Below are positions 1 to 12,499 of a stretch of DNA of 64,000 bases, piece after piece. Source of the stretch: Mobula hypostoma (lineage: Eukaryota); contig NC_086108.1 in NCBI RefSeq assembly GCF_963921235.1, positions 56,422,001 to 56,486,000 of the forward strand, written 5' to 3'. Position 1 is the first letter of the stretch. The number at the start of each line of letters is the position of its first letter. The notes under the pieces were generated by a model. It did no database searches. It was not told the origin of the DNA and saw only the letters and a list, made by a program, of their open reading frames with translations. A program made the translations under genes and the position numbers.

Positions 1-540
1 TCACTTAGGGTACTGTGAGCAGTTTTAGGCCGCTTATCTAAGAAAGGATGTGCTGACATTGGAGAGAGTGCAGAGGATATTCATGAGAATGATTCCAGGA
101 ATGAAAGGCTTATCGTATGAGGAGTAATTGATGGCTCTGGTCCTGTACTCACTGGAAGTTAGAAAAATGAGGGGGGATCTCATCGAAACCTATCAGATAT
201 TGAAAAAGCCTAGATAAGAGTAGATGTTGAGAGGAAGTTTCTTATGGTGGGGGAGTCTTGGGCCAGAGGACACAGCCTCAGAATACAGGGATATTCATTT
301 AGAACAGAGATCAGGAGGTGGTGAATCTGTGGAATTTGTTACCACAGGTGGCTGTGAAGGCAGTCATTGGCTGTATTTAAGGTGGAGGTTGAAAGGTTTT
401 TAATTAGTCAGGGTGTGTAACATTACAGGGAGAAGACAGGAGAATGGGGTTGAGAGAGAAATGGATCAACCATGATGAAATGATAGAGCACACAATGGGC
501 CAAAAAATGCCCTAATTCTGCTCTTACGTCTTATGGTGTT
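1..540 (+). mobile_element. CR1-type LINE 3' end (degenerate)
   Basis: ORF2 C-terminal motifs (YEE, RGDLIETY, RGHSLRI) and a tcttatgg-type tail. Confidence 0.8.
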
Positions 541-1269
541 TCAAATGTATGCAGAGCTTATCTCTCAAAATTCCCTTCAGTGACCTATCTATTGTAAGTG
601 TTAGGCTGAATGTCCTACTTCTGCTTCTATACCTTATGGTCTCATGGAATGCTCATGATCATACTGGTTTTCCAACTACCCCTCTAGATCTGCGTCTGTT
701 GAGTTACCGCAATGGGTTTTCTTTTACTCACAGCATGTGCACCTCTAGCACTAATTTGAATTTTCTAACTTCTTCCAACATCATTACCGTGCCAGTACCT
801 CTTCAAATACAAGCTGCAGGATATTTAAGACCTTTGCCAGAAATAGGCTCATTGCAAAGCCCAAGGTGAAATGATTCATATCACAGCAATGAAATATATA
901 ATGAAATTACCTTTGCTCAATAAATGCTTTAATTCAGCAATAAACTGTTTCTCCAAGCAAATATCTGCAGGTTTCAATATTTTAACTTTACATAATTATT
1001 AGATTAAATGACCCTATAATATTGCATTAACTGCATTGAACAAGAGACTACCGATTCTGCAACCAGAACAAAATACAAAGTGCTGGAATAACTCAGCAGT
1101 TTGAACAGCATCTAGAGGGGGAAAACAATTTTGTCCTTTTGCATAAGTTGCAAGCAGATAGGTTTACAGGACCCAACATTCCAGGCTGGTTTTCCTCAGA
1201 AGAATGATCCATTCTTGGATAGCTTTGTTATCACTATCAATAATTCCAGTTTCCTCTGCAATGTTCTTG

Positions 1270-1640
1270 GCATGAAAGAGCCACCAGGTTCAGATTCAGG
1301 TTATTATCCCTCAACCATCAGGCTCTTGAACAGGAGGGGATAACTTCACTCATCACAACACTCCTCCACACTTATGGGCTCACTTTTACGGACTCTTCAC
1401 CTCATATTCTTGATGTTTATTACTTCTTTTTTCTTTTTTTATTTGCACCGTTTATTGTCTTTGGTTGTTCCTCTATCATTGTTGTTGTACATTTGTTGTC
1501 GTCTATCTTGTTGTATGCAGTCCTTGTTTGATTCTATTGTATTTCTTTGTATTTACCATGAATGCCTGCAAGAAATGAATTTCAGGGTTGTATATAGTGG
1601 CATACATGGACCTTGATAATAAATTTATTTTGAACTTTGT
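1270..1640 (+). mobile_element. Rex1/Babar-type LINE 3' UTR fragment
   Basis: Shares ccatcaggctcttgaa and the aataaattta...tgaact tail with the element at 28505-29995. Confidence 0.6.
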
Positions 1641-3259
1641 GAAGTTCTGTGCCTTTCAAATAGATAAAAAACATCTCTCACATTTTCAATTATTCACTGA
1701 GCCGAGCAGACATAAGCACCCTGAATCTGGTTTGCCATGTTTTCTGGAGTTCTGTTTGTTGCTGTGTTTCTCTAAAAATGTACCCTTTGGGATTTGGTAT
1801 GCTTTTCATATATCTCTCTAAGGTTTCCTAATGACTCCATCTCATTTTCTCCTATGCCATCCTTGTCAGAAATCTAATGTCGGAGTTCTTTATGTGATCC
1901 TGTAGATGAGCAACTGATCAGATTCATGAACCAGTAGATCAGCACAGCATGATTGTTTATCCCCAAGTGCTCCAAAGACGTTATTTCAACCAATAGTCGA
2001 TCACGAGTTTTTCCTTGATAAAATAGCAGACTTTTAGCCAACAGTCATCCTTGAACAGCTGATACTGTACCAAAACCGAAAAATTCTGCAAATGGGGTCT
2101 CAACAACGGTCTGTACAATTTCAGCACAACGTGTTTCCCTTTGTATTCTAATCCCTTACAGTAAAGGCTTAAGTAGAATTTGTCTTCCTAAATGTTTGCT
2201 GTGCCTTGTGCTGGTTCATCAAGATTATTCTGCATACTGACTAGTTTTTCATTATTTAAAACACTTTCCACTTTTCTATTCTTACCTCCAATTAAATAAC
2301 CTCACATTTCCTCACCTTATATTCCATCTGTCAACACCACTCATTACTTTTGTTCCACATCACAGCTTACTTTCACCTACTAAAGACCCAGTGTGTAATG
2401 TATCATTAGCAAACTTTATATTACAATTTGTCTTTTCATCTGAATCCTCAGTATATGCTGTTAATGTCCAGTAACATAACACTGATCTCCATCAGTCAAA
2501 AGTATGTCAACATGAAAAAGGTTAACTGGTCCATAGTGCAGTACTTTTTCTCTCCCTTCTTTCCTAAATCCCAACATTATATTTGTAATGTTTCAATCTA
2601 ATGGCATTGTTCTAGAATCGAGGGATATTTTTGTAGATCATCACCAAAGCATCAATTATCTCTGCAGTTATTATCTTTAGCGTATATCTGAGATGCAAGG
2701 CACAGTACATTGATAATTCACGGACAGAAATGATCTTTTCTTACTCTGAAAAGGATAACTGTATTCTTTTTGAACTACAGACCAACCAATTTTCCAAAGA
2801 CTATAACAAATAAAGGATTTTGAATACTACTTATGTGGCAGCATTTATTTGTATGTTAATAATGCGTTATGTGCAGACTGTGGTAGTAGACCAGAACACA
2901 ATTTTCAGTAGTAGAGTAATACGATACAAATCAATTTAGCACAGCGATGGAGTATTACTTTCACAGGATGTTCCAGCAAGTTTCTCTGAATGCTAGGAAT
3001 CTGGCCAGGTCCATGTGCCCTGTAATATTTTCACTTTCTCTATTACTTTGCAGTGATCCTTGCCTTGAATACCATAGTAAACAAAGTTGAGTGCTGGGTT
3101 CCCATCTGGAGCTAAGCTCCTCACTTTTAGTATTACCTGACATGTAATCCTGGACAAAATGCACAATTCATGAAATTGAACCTGTTGCTGGTCCAGAGAA
3201 CTAGCAAGTTTCTTATTTTGTGCAAAGGACATTGTACCCTATAGTGGTATTGTACCCAT

Positions 3260-3394
3260 CAGTGGTCCCCAACCTCCAGGCTGCGAAGTATGCAGGGGTG
3301 CAGCAGTAGCCCGAACGCACCCAGCACATCTTTAAGAAAAAAGCCAAAATAAACAAGCTAATTAATTAGGTGCCACCTGACACGTAAATGTCGG
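3260..3394 (+). mobile_element. hAT/Charlie-like MITE left end
   Basis: Begins CAGTGGTCCCCAACC, similar to the hAT TIRs at 17739 and 20933; truncated at the Gypsy junction. Confidence 0.55.
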
Positions 3395-5645
3395 GTTGTT
3401 TATGTCACATGACGATGAGGACTGTTACTTTAAAGACAAAGAATGCAGAAACTGTGGCAAACAGGGCCACATTGGCAGAGTATGCAAAGCTAGTAAACAA
3501 AATACAGAGAAACAAGAAACCCCAGGAAGGAAAATACAACAATGTACACAAAATGAAAGAAAGCAGTTCTGACGAAAATGACTCAGACAAAAGTGAATTG
3601 TCTTGTCTGCAACTTCACAGTGTGAAAAAGACAGATGATCGAAGATCACTCCACAAGTGGCAGTCGTGAGACTGAAAATGGAGTTGGACAAAGGCTCAGC
3701 TTTAACAGTGAGCTCTGTACACGACTACAAATGACTGCTTTCTCACGAACCTCTGAAACGAACTAAACTATTGCTAAGGAATTACACAGGACAGAGAGTG
3801 CGTCCCAAAGGTAAAATTAAAGTGACAGTAACCTACAGAGACAAAACACAGCAGCTGAACCTCTATGTACTGAAAAATGGAGGACCACTGTTGCTGGGAC
3901 GTGAATGGCTCAGGAAAATCCAGTTGGACTGGCACACCATCAAGGCACTAGATGTGTCAGCAAAGGAGGCCAGCAAGGCTACATCTGAGAGACTGTCATA
4001 AATACTTGCTAACTCTGGGGAAGTGTTCATGAAAGGAACAGGAACACTTCAGGGCATGAAGGCAAAGATTGAGATTGAGGAAAATGCATGTCCAAAATTT
4101 CACAAAGCTGGACCAGTGCCATAGGAAATCCATCCTCAGTCGAGGCAGAGCTGAAATATCGGGAGCAGACTGGGGTCCTGTCAAAAGTGGATTGGAGTGA
4201 ATGGGCCACGCCTATTGTTCCAGTGATGAAGAAAACCTCCAGCACAAAACCAGGAAAACCAAGCAAGGTGCACATATGTGGAGACTTTAAAGTGACTGTC
4301 AACCCAGTCTCCGCACAGTACAGTATCCTCTACCTCGTATTGAGGACATTTTTGCTTCCCTGTCAGGAGGGAAACATTTCACAAAAATCAACTTGACCCA
4401 GGCTTACCTCCAAATGGAAATTGATGAGGCATCCAAGAAATACCTGACAATAAATACAGACAAAGAACTTTATCAGTACAAGAGGTTGGTGTTTGGGATA
4501 GCATCAGCTCCTGCAGTCTGGCAAAGGGCAATGGACCAGTTCCTGCAGGGGATTCCAGGGACTCAGTGTTACCTGGATGACATCATTGTCACCAGCAAAG
4601 ATGACTACGAACATCTTTCTAACCTTGAACAAGTGAGAATATGGGCTCAGAGCTAATCGACAGAAATGTGAGTTTTTTTTAAAAAGGAAATCTCATACTG
4701 TGGGCATGTGATCAACAAGGATGGCTTACACATGTCTCAAGACAAGATAGAAGCGGTGCTTAAGGCACCACCATCTGAAAGTGTGTCTCAGCTGAGAGCA
4801 TATCTTGGACTAGTGAACTATTACCACAAGTTCTTGCCTAACCTAGCCACAATCCTACACCCACTAAATGCACCATTACAGACAGGGACACAATGGAAGT
4901 GGACTGAGAGCTGTGACAAAGCGTTTCAAGAAACTAAAAGACTCATAACTTCAGAAGGGGTGCTCACGCACTTTGGCCCCTCTTTACCAATCTGACTGGC
5001 TTGTGATGCCTCGCCCATGGGATAGGAGCTGTGTTATCGCACAAGTTTCCAGATGGCTCCGAAAGACCAATAGCCTTTGCCTCAAGAACGCTAACTTCAG
5101 CTGAACGCAACTATGCACAGATTGACAGAGAGGCCCTAAGCCTCGTGTGGGGAGTCAAGAAATTCAGTCACTACCTGTATGGTCAAAAGTTTACCCTGTT
5201 GACTGACCATCAGCCTCTCGTGTCAATCTTCCACCCAAGAAAATGCGTTCTAGTGCTGACAGCACAAAGGCTGCAGCGATGGTCTCTTTTCTTAGGAGGT
5301 CACAGGCATGACATTGAACACAAGGGGACCAAGCAACATGGCAATGCAGATGGTTTGTCACGTTTACCACTGCTGACTTCAGAGATAACTACACAAATGG
5401 ATTCAGCAGAGGTCTTTCACACAACAATAGTTGAACAATTACCAGTGACAAACAGCCTCATTGAAAGAGAAACACGCAATGACCTTACGTTGTCAAAAGT
5501 GCATGACATCACGGTAAAAGGATGGCCAGCGCGGGGTAACACAGTTTCCTGCCTTCTCAGCGAGAAAGTAGCAGTTGTCAATGCGTCAGGGAAAACTAAT
5601 GTGTGGTTCTCGAGTTGTGATTCCTCCCAAGCTACGCACCTGGCA
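3395..5645 (+). mobile_element. Ty3/Gypsy LTR retrotransposon internal region (gag knuckle, PR, RT, RNase H, start of IN), frameshifted
   Basis: CRNCGKQGHIGRVC zinc knuckle; MELDKGSA protease-like site; WATPIVPV, CGDFKVTVN and YLDD RT motifs; ACDAS and ERPIAFASRTL RNase H; stops and frameshifts; no LTRs seen. Confidence 0.93.
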
Positions 5646-5789
5646 TCATTCCCCAAAGCAAACGTTTCAGGACAGAGAGGCAGAGAAGATATTATTAAGT
5701 TACTTTGTTATAATTTGTAAACAAATGGCAGGCGTTTGTATGTTAAGGGTAAACATATTTGTTTAGCATAGTGCCCCAGTTTAAAAAAA

Positions 5790-6255
5790 GTTGGTCCAAC
5801 CAAGCAAAGTCCACTGCCAAGAAGGCCCACCGGCGCCTTTACTTCCTGAGGAAGCTAAGGAAATTTGACCTGTCCCCTAAAACCCTCACTAATTTTTATA
5901 GATGCACCGTAGAAAGCATTCTTCTAGGGTGTATCACAACCTGGTATGGAAGTTGTCCTGTCCAAGACCAGAAGAAGCTGCAGAAGATTGTGAACACGGC
6001 CCAGCACATCACACAAACCAATCTTCCATCCTGACCCAGATCTGGGCCATATCCTCCAAATATCTGGACCTGCCTCTCGGTTTTTTTGCACTACCTTACT
6101 TTCCCTTTTCTATTTTTCTATTTATAATCTATAAATTAATTTTTTAATATTTACTATCAACTTGTACTCCAGGGAGCACGAAGAGCAGAATCAAATATCG
6201 CTGTGATGATTGTACGCTCTAGTATCAATTGTTTGGTGACAATAAAGTATGAAGT
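5790..6255 (+). mobile_element. Rex1/Babar-type LINE 3' portion
   Basis: KKAHRRLYFLRKLRKF...TNFYRCTVESILLGCITTWYG, then 3' UTR ending aataaagt. Confidence 0.85.
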
Positions 6256-6287
6256 AAAATAAAGTAAATAAAAGGGGAGGGGTGTTA

Positions 6288-6592
6288 TATATAGGCATCC
6301 GTTAGTCCCATGAGACCATGGATTTACACTTTGGAAGGTTTCCAGGGCCAGGCCTGGGCAAGGTTGTATGGAAGACCAGCAGTTGCCTATGCTGCAAGTC
6401 TCCCCTCTCCACACCACCGATGTTGACCAAGGGAAGGGCATTAGGACCCATACAGCTTGGCACAGGTGTCGTCGCAGAGCAAAGTGTGGTTAAGTGCCTT
6501 GCTCAAGGACACACACGCTGCCTTAGCCAAGGCAAACTAGCGACCTTCAGATCACTAGAAGAATGACTTAACCACTTGGCCACGCACCAACA
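6288..6592 (-). mobile_element. tRNA-derived SINE with conserved central domain and RTE-like tail
   Basis: Minus strand: A-box TGGCCAAGTGG, GTGTCCTTGAGCAAGGCACTTAACC core, tail ccatggtctcatgggactaacggatgcc. Confidence 0.75.
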
Positions 6593-7486
6593 AGGAGCAG
6601 TGTAGCCTACATTATAATACAAGACTACTTCAATGTTGTAGTAACACGTCGTTGCATGGGCTATTAGGCGCGTATTGATCTGTACGTGAGCATCAAGTTC
6701 AGACTCTACCAGTAAAGAACCATGAAACTTAGCTCCCATCTCCAGCATTTTCATTAATAACATAGTTGTGTAAACAGGCCACATACACAACAGACATGTA
6801 AAAGTGATATCATCCATTAGGCAATTGAGAGTATCGACTCCTAGAAAATGGAAACTGTATTTCCCCTTGAGAACGATCACAGAGAACCAATTCTCTCCTC
6901 ACTATATCTGCAACATAGAAATAGTACCAAGCCACTGTAATATTCTTCTGCAATCTGCTGTATGGAGCTCTGAAAGCCAGCGAGCCTCTAGGGAAACTCC
7001 TTCAAGTGGACAGAGCAATTGCAGTGAGACACATTCTTCTTAATACTTCTTGCTATAGGTGTGTTTATGGTGATCCCAATAGGTGCATTACATATTTGAA
7101 ACTACTGTGCAGTCATCAGAAGCAGAACAGATGCGTTCTGCCTCATAATAGATAAGAGGGAAGTGGCTCATAGCTGTAAATTCTAAATTGAAGAGTGTTC
7201 AGCCACACTTCAGTTTTTGAAAAACACAATTTGCCTAGAAGCTGTGATTCCTAAGAGATTTGTTATGTTTTGTAGGCAGAGTTGAACTACTCTGCCAGTA
7301 GAGATCAAGGTCCCAACTTCCTGAGCATGAATCAGCTACCACCACTTGGAATGTTATGTATCCCAGTTTATAGTCTACTGCATCCCTGAAAACAAGGTTT
7401 CAGCTGCAGAATTTGCTGGTTGCAGGCTATCTTATTCAACAAAACAAACAGGAAAGTTAATTTCAAAGTGCTGTAATGATTTGGGC

Positions 7487-8035
7487 CCTGTGGTAGTGTA
7501 GTGGTTAGCGCAACATTATTACAGCTCGGAGCATTGGAGGTCAACTCCAATGTCGTCTGTAAGAACTCTGGATGTCTTATCAGTAGAATGCATGGGTTTT
7601 TCCTGGGTGCTCCAGTTTCTTCCAACAGTCCAAAGACGTACCAGTCAGTAAGTTAATTGGTCATTTTAAATGGTCTCATGATTCATTATCGTCATCAGGT
7701 GCCGTGCCCAGTTTGAGCTGTGACTGCCATGGCCCACACACTCCTGTTTCGGGTCAAGTGGATCAATTCATTGGTATTCATTTCTAGTTCTCTGTGGCCG
7801 CTGTCTCCATCATCATTTGTCTTTGCCTTCCTCTTGCTTTCTTCCCTTCAATCTTTCCCATAATTACTGCGCATTCGAACTCCTCTTTCCCAATCACGTG
7901 TCCAATGAAGTCACATTGCCGTTTCATGATCTCATACATTATTTCCCATGATGAGGCTAGAACTAAATCAGTGGTTGCTGGGTGGTGCGGCTCAAAGCTT
8001 CAGAAAGGTCTCATCCACCGTGTATTTCAATCAAA
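7487..8035 (+). mobile_element. V-SINE (HE1-like) interrupted by an RTE 3' fragment
   Basis: tRNA-like head gtagtggttagcg and V-domain gggtgctccagtttc...caaagacg; resumes after the insert at about 7945. Confidence 0.75.
7684..7944 (-). mobile_element. RTE LINE 3' end
   Basis: Minus strand FIGHVIGKEE...MGKIEGKKARGRQR; gat-repeat tail; flanking tcycatgat duplication. Confidence 0.8.
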
Positions 8036-8726
8036 TCAACAAATATGATAGCAACAGCTAAATTGTTATGATTGTGTGTGAAATATCTAATCTGAATTGC
8101 ACAAGTTACAGAGAAAGACTTAGCTGGTTGGAGTGCAAGATGGAAGCAACAGAAAAGTCTGTCATAGTGTTATATTTGGGACATGGGTGTGGATGTAGCC
8201 CATGTATGCAAGTACATGTTTTTGAACCATGTGAATTGTTAGAGAAATCTGAGGCACTGCAGAATGCAGAGAGCAAAAACTATATTATTATGGCTTTTCA
8301 TTGGTACCTCTGTCATTTGAGCTCAGAACTGTGCTAATTGCGCATCTTTCTTTCATACCTGCATTTGTGAGGTGAAACTTTACATGTCAACATACTAATA
8401 CTGACAAATCTAGCAGGGTAACAAAATTTCTTCCTGTGCTGCTGTTGTACAAAGCCAAGCATTCCAGTTAGCAATTTTTTTCTTAAAACTGTTACTACTG
8501 CCACCTCTTCTCTGAAGACTTTCTTACCACCCACATATTTTTTATGGATACTTTCATGCCTTTTTCTCTCAATCTCATTCACAAGGATATTAAGAACTGC
8601 AAGGTGCTTTTTCCTCTGCACCACCTCCTTTGCATCCATTTAAAATGTTACAACAGCACATACAAATCCAGTACTGCAGTGGTGAAGAAGCATTCTTTTA
8701 GCTGTGAACACTGATGCCATTTAGTA

Positions 8727-9050
8727 CTTCTTCAGTTGTCCATCGAAATCCGATGACAACATCCACTTCTTTAGCAGTGAGATCTTTGGTGACTATACAG
8801 TCGTATCCTGGACACACAAGCTCTATTGCAGGTGGGACATATATATGCAGTAGTGGTGGCAGCCATGGCTGCATTTCTCCTGGCTCTCTTCTGCTGTCTT
8901 CTGGTTGTTCTTTCCATCTCCAGAGTACCAACCCCATCCCTACACAGCTGTCACCAAGTGGTACGGTCAGCAGCAACCTCCTCCAGGTCCTCGGATCTAA
9001 TCTTGCACTTCCTTAAAGCATTCTTCATCTGATCCTTATAGCGCTTCTTA
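8727..9050 (-). mobile_element. RTE LINE 3' end
   Basis: KKRYKDQMKNAL...AADRTTW...CPTCNRACVSRIRLYSHQRSH C-terminal motif; gaagaag tail. Confidence 0.85.
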
Positions 9051-9949
9051 GTACAGAAATGGGTTAACAAATCTGTAGTTTTGAGCTACAAAATCAATAA
9101 TAGCGTTTTTTAAAACGTACATATTTTAAGACTGATGGGATTGAATATCATGTTCAACCTGCATCAGTCTTGGTTCATCAGCAGGACAACTTTGGGAGAG
9201 ATCTAGGTAAATCACTCTTTTGAGGGATGCTGCATAGTAATGGACGCTGAGGACAACAAAGAGAGAGAATGTTTGAGGCTACCTACTGTATCTTTGAGAG
9301 GTAGTTAACACATTCAACATGTTCTTTCCAGCTGAAATTCCCATTTGCTTGTTGCCCCATATTTACGTGTGAAAGAATGGTGATTAGTCCAATAATTTTT
9401 TACCTAAGAATATTAGCACACCATAGGTGATTAGGAATTCAGTTTGTTATTTTCAAAAGATAATGGATGCAGCTTTTGTGTAGCAGCCAAACCAAACAAA
9501 ACCGCAACAACTGCCACTGCTGGTGAACCTACGGATTTGTTAAAATTACGTGACATGCACTCACTCTAGTAATGACTGCTCCAAAAGTCAAAGGAATGTA
9601 TTCAATCCTTTATTAGCAATTAGCAAACATACAATGTTGAAATTATGAAATTTAAGGGTTCCCAAGTGTAAGCTAAGCGCGACTGAGCATTATTGAGTGG
9701 TCAACAAAAGATACATCTGCTGATCCCCAGCTACTACAAACTGTCCAGAACAAAGCACGAATCTATGACTTATTCCCTTCGCTTTTACCACACACCCACA
9801 CATGTGACTAGTTACCATAATAAACATGCAACACAGAATACAATGCAGATAGAGAACAGATACATGCTGCTACCTTCCAGCCCCCTAATTATTCTACTAG
9901 AATAATTACAATTACATACCACCAAGACACAGGAGACGTGAAATCTCAA

Positions 9950-10920
9950 CATTTACGCAATGGCTTCTTTTGGTAAGCAGACTATCCTGATCTTCTCCTT
10001 ACAAACCATGTTGTTCCCTTGACTGTATTCAGGAAAATCTGCCTTGAATTACTGCCATCAAAGCTCGTTCAAGTCCCATTAACTGTCAATATAGTCTCTT
10101 CCACCACCACGGTCTCCTTTTAATGTCCAAATCAGTATCGTTCTGATTGCATAGGGTCCATCATTAACATGGCGAATCACTTGCAATGGTTCCAATGCCT
10201 TAGGCACATTCACCCTTATCTGCAGCACAATTTCTAGCAAAAATCAATATGCTTCAGATGAGACTGTTCCTCAAAATCTCCCTGTCGAGGAAAATTCCCT
10301 TTGTAGACCGGCGTACGTTCCTGTCTATCCATGTTAGGTAGTTCACAATAGTTTTCACTACCCAAGTCAGCCATTTCCAGTCCTGAAATGATGTACAGTA
10401 GCTACTCACAACATTCTCATCACCTATCATGCATAAGAGAATGGGTGTTCCTTTTCCTGTCAGGTTGAGCTTGGTGTGAGGCTCACAGTACAGAACACTG
10501 CTGTACTTCCTTGATCTCAGAAAGCATAAGTAATCAGTGTCTTGTTACTCTTCTTAGACTTCACCTGAACTGGAACTACAGGAAGTTTACAGTCAGGATC
10601 ACCAGCCCCTGTAAAGCCATTAGATACAAGGCAGTACCTGTACTCACTACTGTGTTTGCTTCAATCATGGCTTGTTTCAAATTTGCACCCTTTTCACCAG
10701 TTCTGGGCTCAGTTTTAGCTTCACTTTCCACAGTAGTGGCAAAGCTGCTTCCTTTAGCTTGAGAATGAATTTGAGATCTGGTTTTGTCCACCCCCTTTAC
10801 ATACTGCCAGCAATGTAGCTTTGTATTTTTTCCCCAAACATTGGGTGTGTAGCAATCTTTACTTGCATTTCAATAAAATCAACAATGTCAGTGCCATTGG
10901 ATATGGCACAGGTTCAGAGT
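9950..10920 (-). mobile_element. BEL/Pao LTR retrotransposon relic (gag end and protease region)
   Basis: Minus strand DIVDFIEMQVKIATHPMFG; KLNLTGKGTPILL; VNVPKALEPLQVIRHVNDGPYAIRT, all typical of fish BEL polyproteins; heavily decayed, boundaries approximate. Confidence 0.7.
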
Positions 10921-11985
10921 GCCTCCTTGATGCAGGCTGAGAGTGAACACCTTGATCCACCCCATAGGGTTCAAACTCATGGTTCACAGACACATGTTGT
11001 CAAATGTATCCACACTGACATTGATTATCCCACCACTGACCAACCAACTGAAAGAAGTCTTTTCATCTATTAAACAATCCTTCAATAAATCTCTAAATCT
11101 CCTGTTTCTGTGGAATTCATTCTATACAACTTGAGATTTCATTGTCCCACGATACCTCCAATTACTTACAGTAGGTATTGGTTGGTGAGACACTTAAATG
11201 TAGCAAAAATTCAATCAGATGGAACTGTCAATCTATGGTGATCCACGTGTAGTCACTGCTCACCCATGAATCTTCTGTCTTCATTATGCTGCCATCTCAG
11301 CCTCAGTAGGAAATACTTGCTCAAATTCTCATGATAATGGAGGGAGTGTTGTTGCAGAGGGATGAGGTAGGGATGGGGAGGCAGAATAAACTGCACCCGT
11401 CAAACAGCTGACACAAAGCTTACAGGTTGAGTGAACAACACCTCTCTAAGTTATCCAGCTGTCAAAATCTTTGAAAAAAGCATTTTTATATGACTATATC
11501 AACTTTACAAGAAATAATGTATGTTTTCAGGCTGTTTCTTTTTACTTCCTCAGTCCCTTCTCATTGAAAAAAAATTTCTATTTTTTTCTCCCAAAATATT
11601 GAGCATCGCAGATTTCAGCGTTATGCTACCAACTCTCCAATCGCCTAATATTGCCGCTCCAAAATGGTTTATAATTCATTTCAATATCTTCCAAATTATT
11701 TCGACGTTATCAACACGCTTCAGGATTATGCTTTCTTTACCAGAAAGTATACAAAGCCATCACAAAAATATCAAGGGATGGACAGATTGGTTCCTTCAAT
11801 TTCATATTCAGGGGCTGGACATGTGTACTTATCTATAATGGCTCTTTGAATGGCGCTTGCTTCTGCCGAGGCAGTAGTCAGCAGAAAAATAAATGGAAAG
11901 CCGCTTGAACTTAATATCCTTGCTACTATGAACACCAAGCCAGTGTTCTAAATGTAATTTTCGTAAGACAGTTCAGAATATATAT

Positions 11986-12134
11986 CCAAACACGAGGAAA
12001 TGTGCAGATGCTGGAAATTCAAGCAACACACATCAAAGTCCTGACGAAGGGTCTCGGCCCGAAACGTCGACTGTACCTCTTCCTAGAGATGCTGACTGGC
12101 CTGCTGGGTTCACCAGCAACTTTGATGTGTGTTG
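11986..12134 (+). mobile_element. Miniature Penelope-like insertion carrying a hammerhead
   Basis: 16-bp inverted repeat caacacacatcaaagt/actttgatgtgtgttg; flanking duplication tcagaatatatat (11973-11985) / tcaaaatatatat (12135-12147); same family as 38892-40098. Confidence 0.8.
12037..12072 (+). ncRNA. Minimal type I hammerhead ribozyme motif (Penelope-derived)
   Basis: AGUC-CUGACGA-A-GGGU(CUCG)GCCC-GAAAC-GUC^GACU: stem I AGUC/GACU, conserved core, stem II, palindromic ACGU stem III, GUC cleavage triplet. Confidence 0.8.
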
Positions 12135-12309
12135 TCAAAATATATATAACGGGTAGGACCTATCCCAGCTTCCCATAAATCTTTGGAAAAGAGCCCTCCT
12201 CAGTAAATTGAAATGATCTAGGAATGAGCGTATACACTAAAGATCACAGGACAGCCCACTGCCTTTAGAATTACCCACCAGCCTTCTTTACCAGGTAGAC
12301 AAAATGTAT

Positions 12310-12475
12310 AGATAGATAGATACACTTTATTAATCCCGAGGGAAATTTGGTTTCGTTACAGCCGCACCAACCAAGAATAGAGCACAAATACAGCAATACA
12401 AAAAACCCCAACAATCACACAACAAAATGCAAACTATGCCAGATGGAAAAGTAAGTTCAGGACCAGTCTATTTTG
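12310..12475 (-). mobile_element. LINE 3' end fragment (same family as 16080-16350)
   Basis: Shared actttatt.atcccgagggaaatt...cgttacag..gcaccaaccaagaatagag. Confidence 0.6.
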
Positions 12476-12499
12476 TGCCACAAAATTCAACAGAACTCA

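Noticed and set aside
8334..8639. 101-aa basic minus-strand ORF, possibly a Harbinger-like transposase start
   Set aside because: No catalytic motif, TIR or TSD could be identified.
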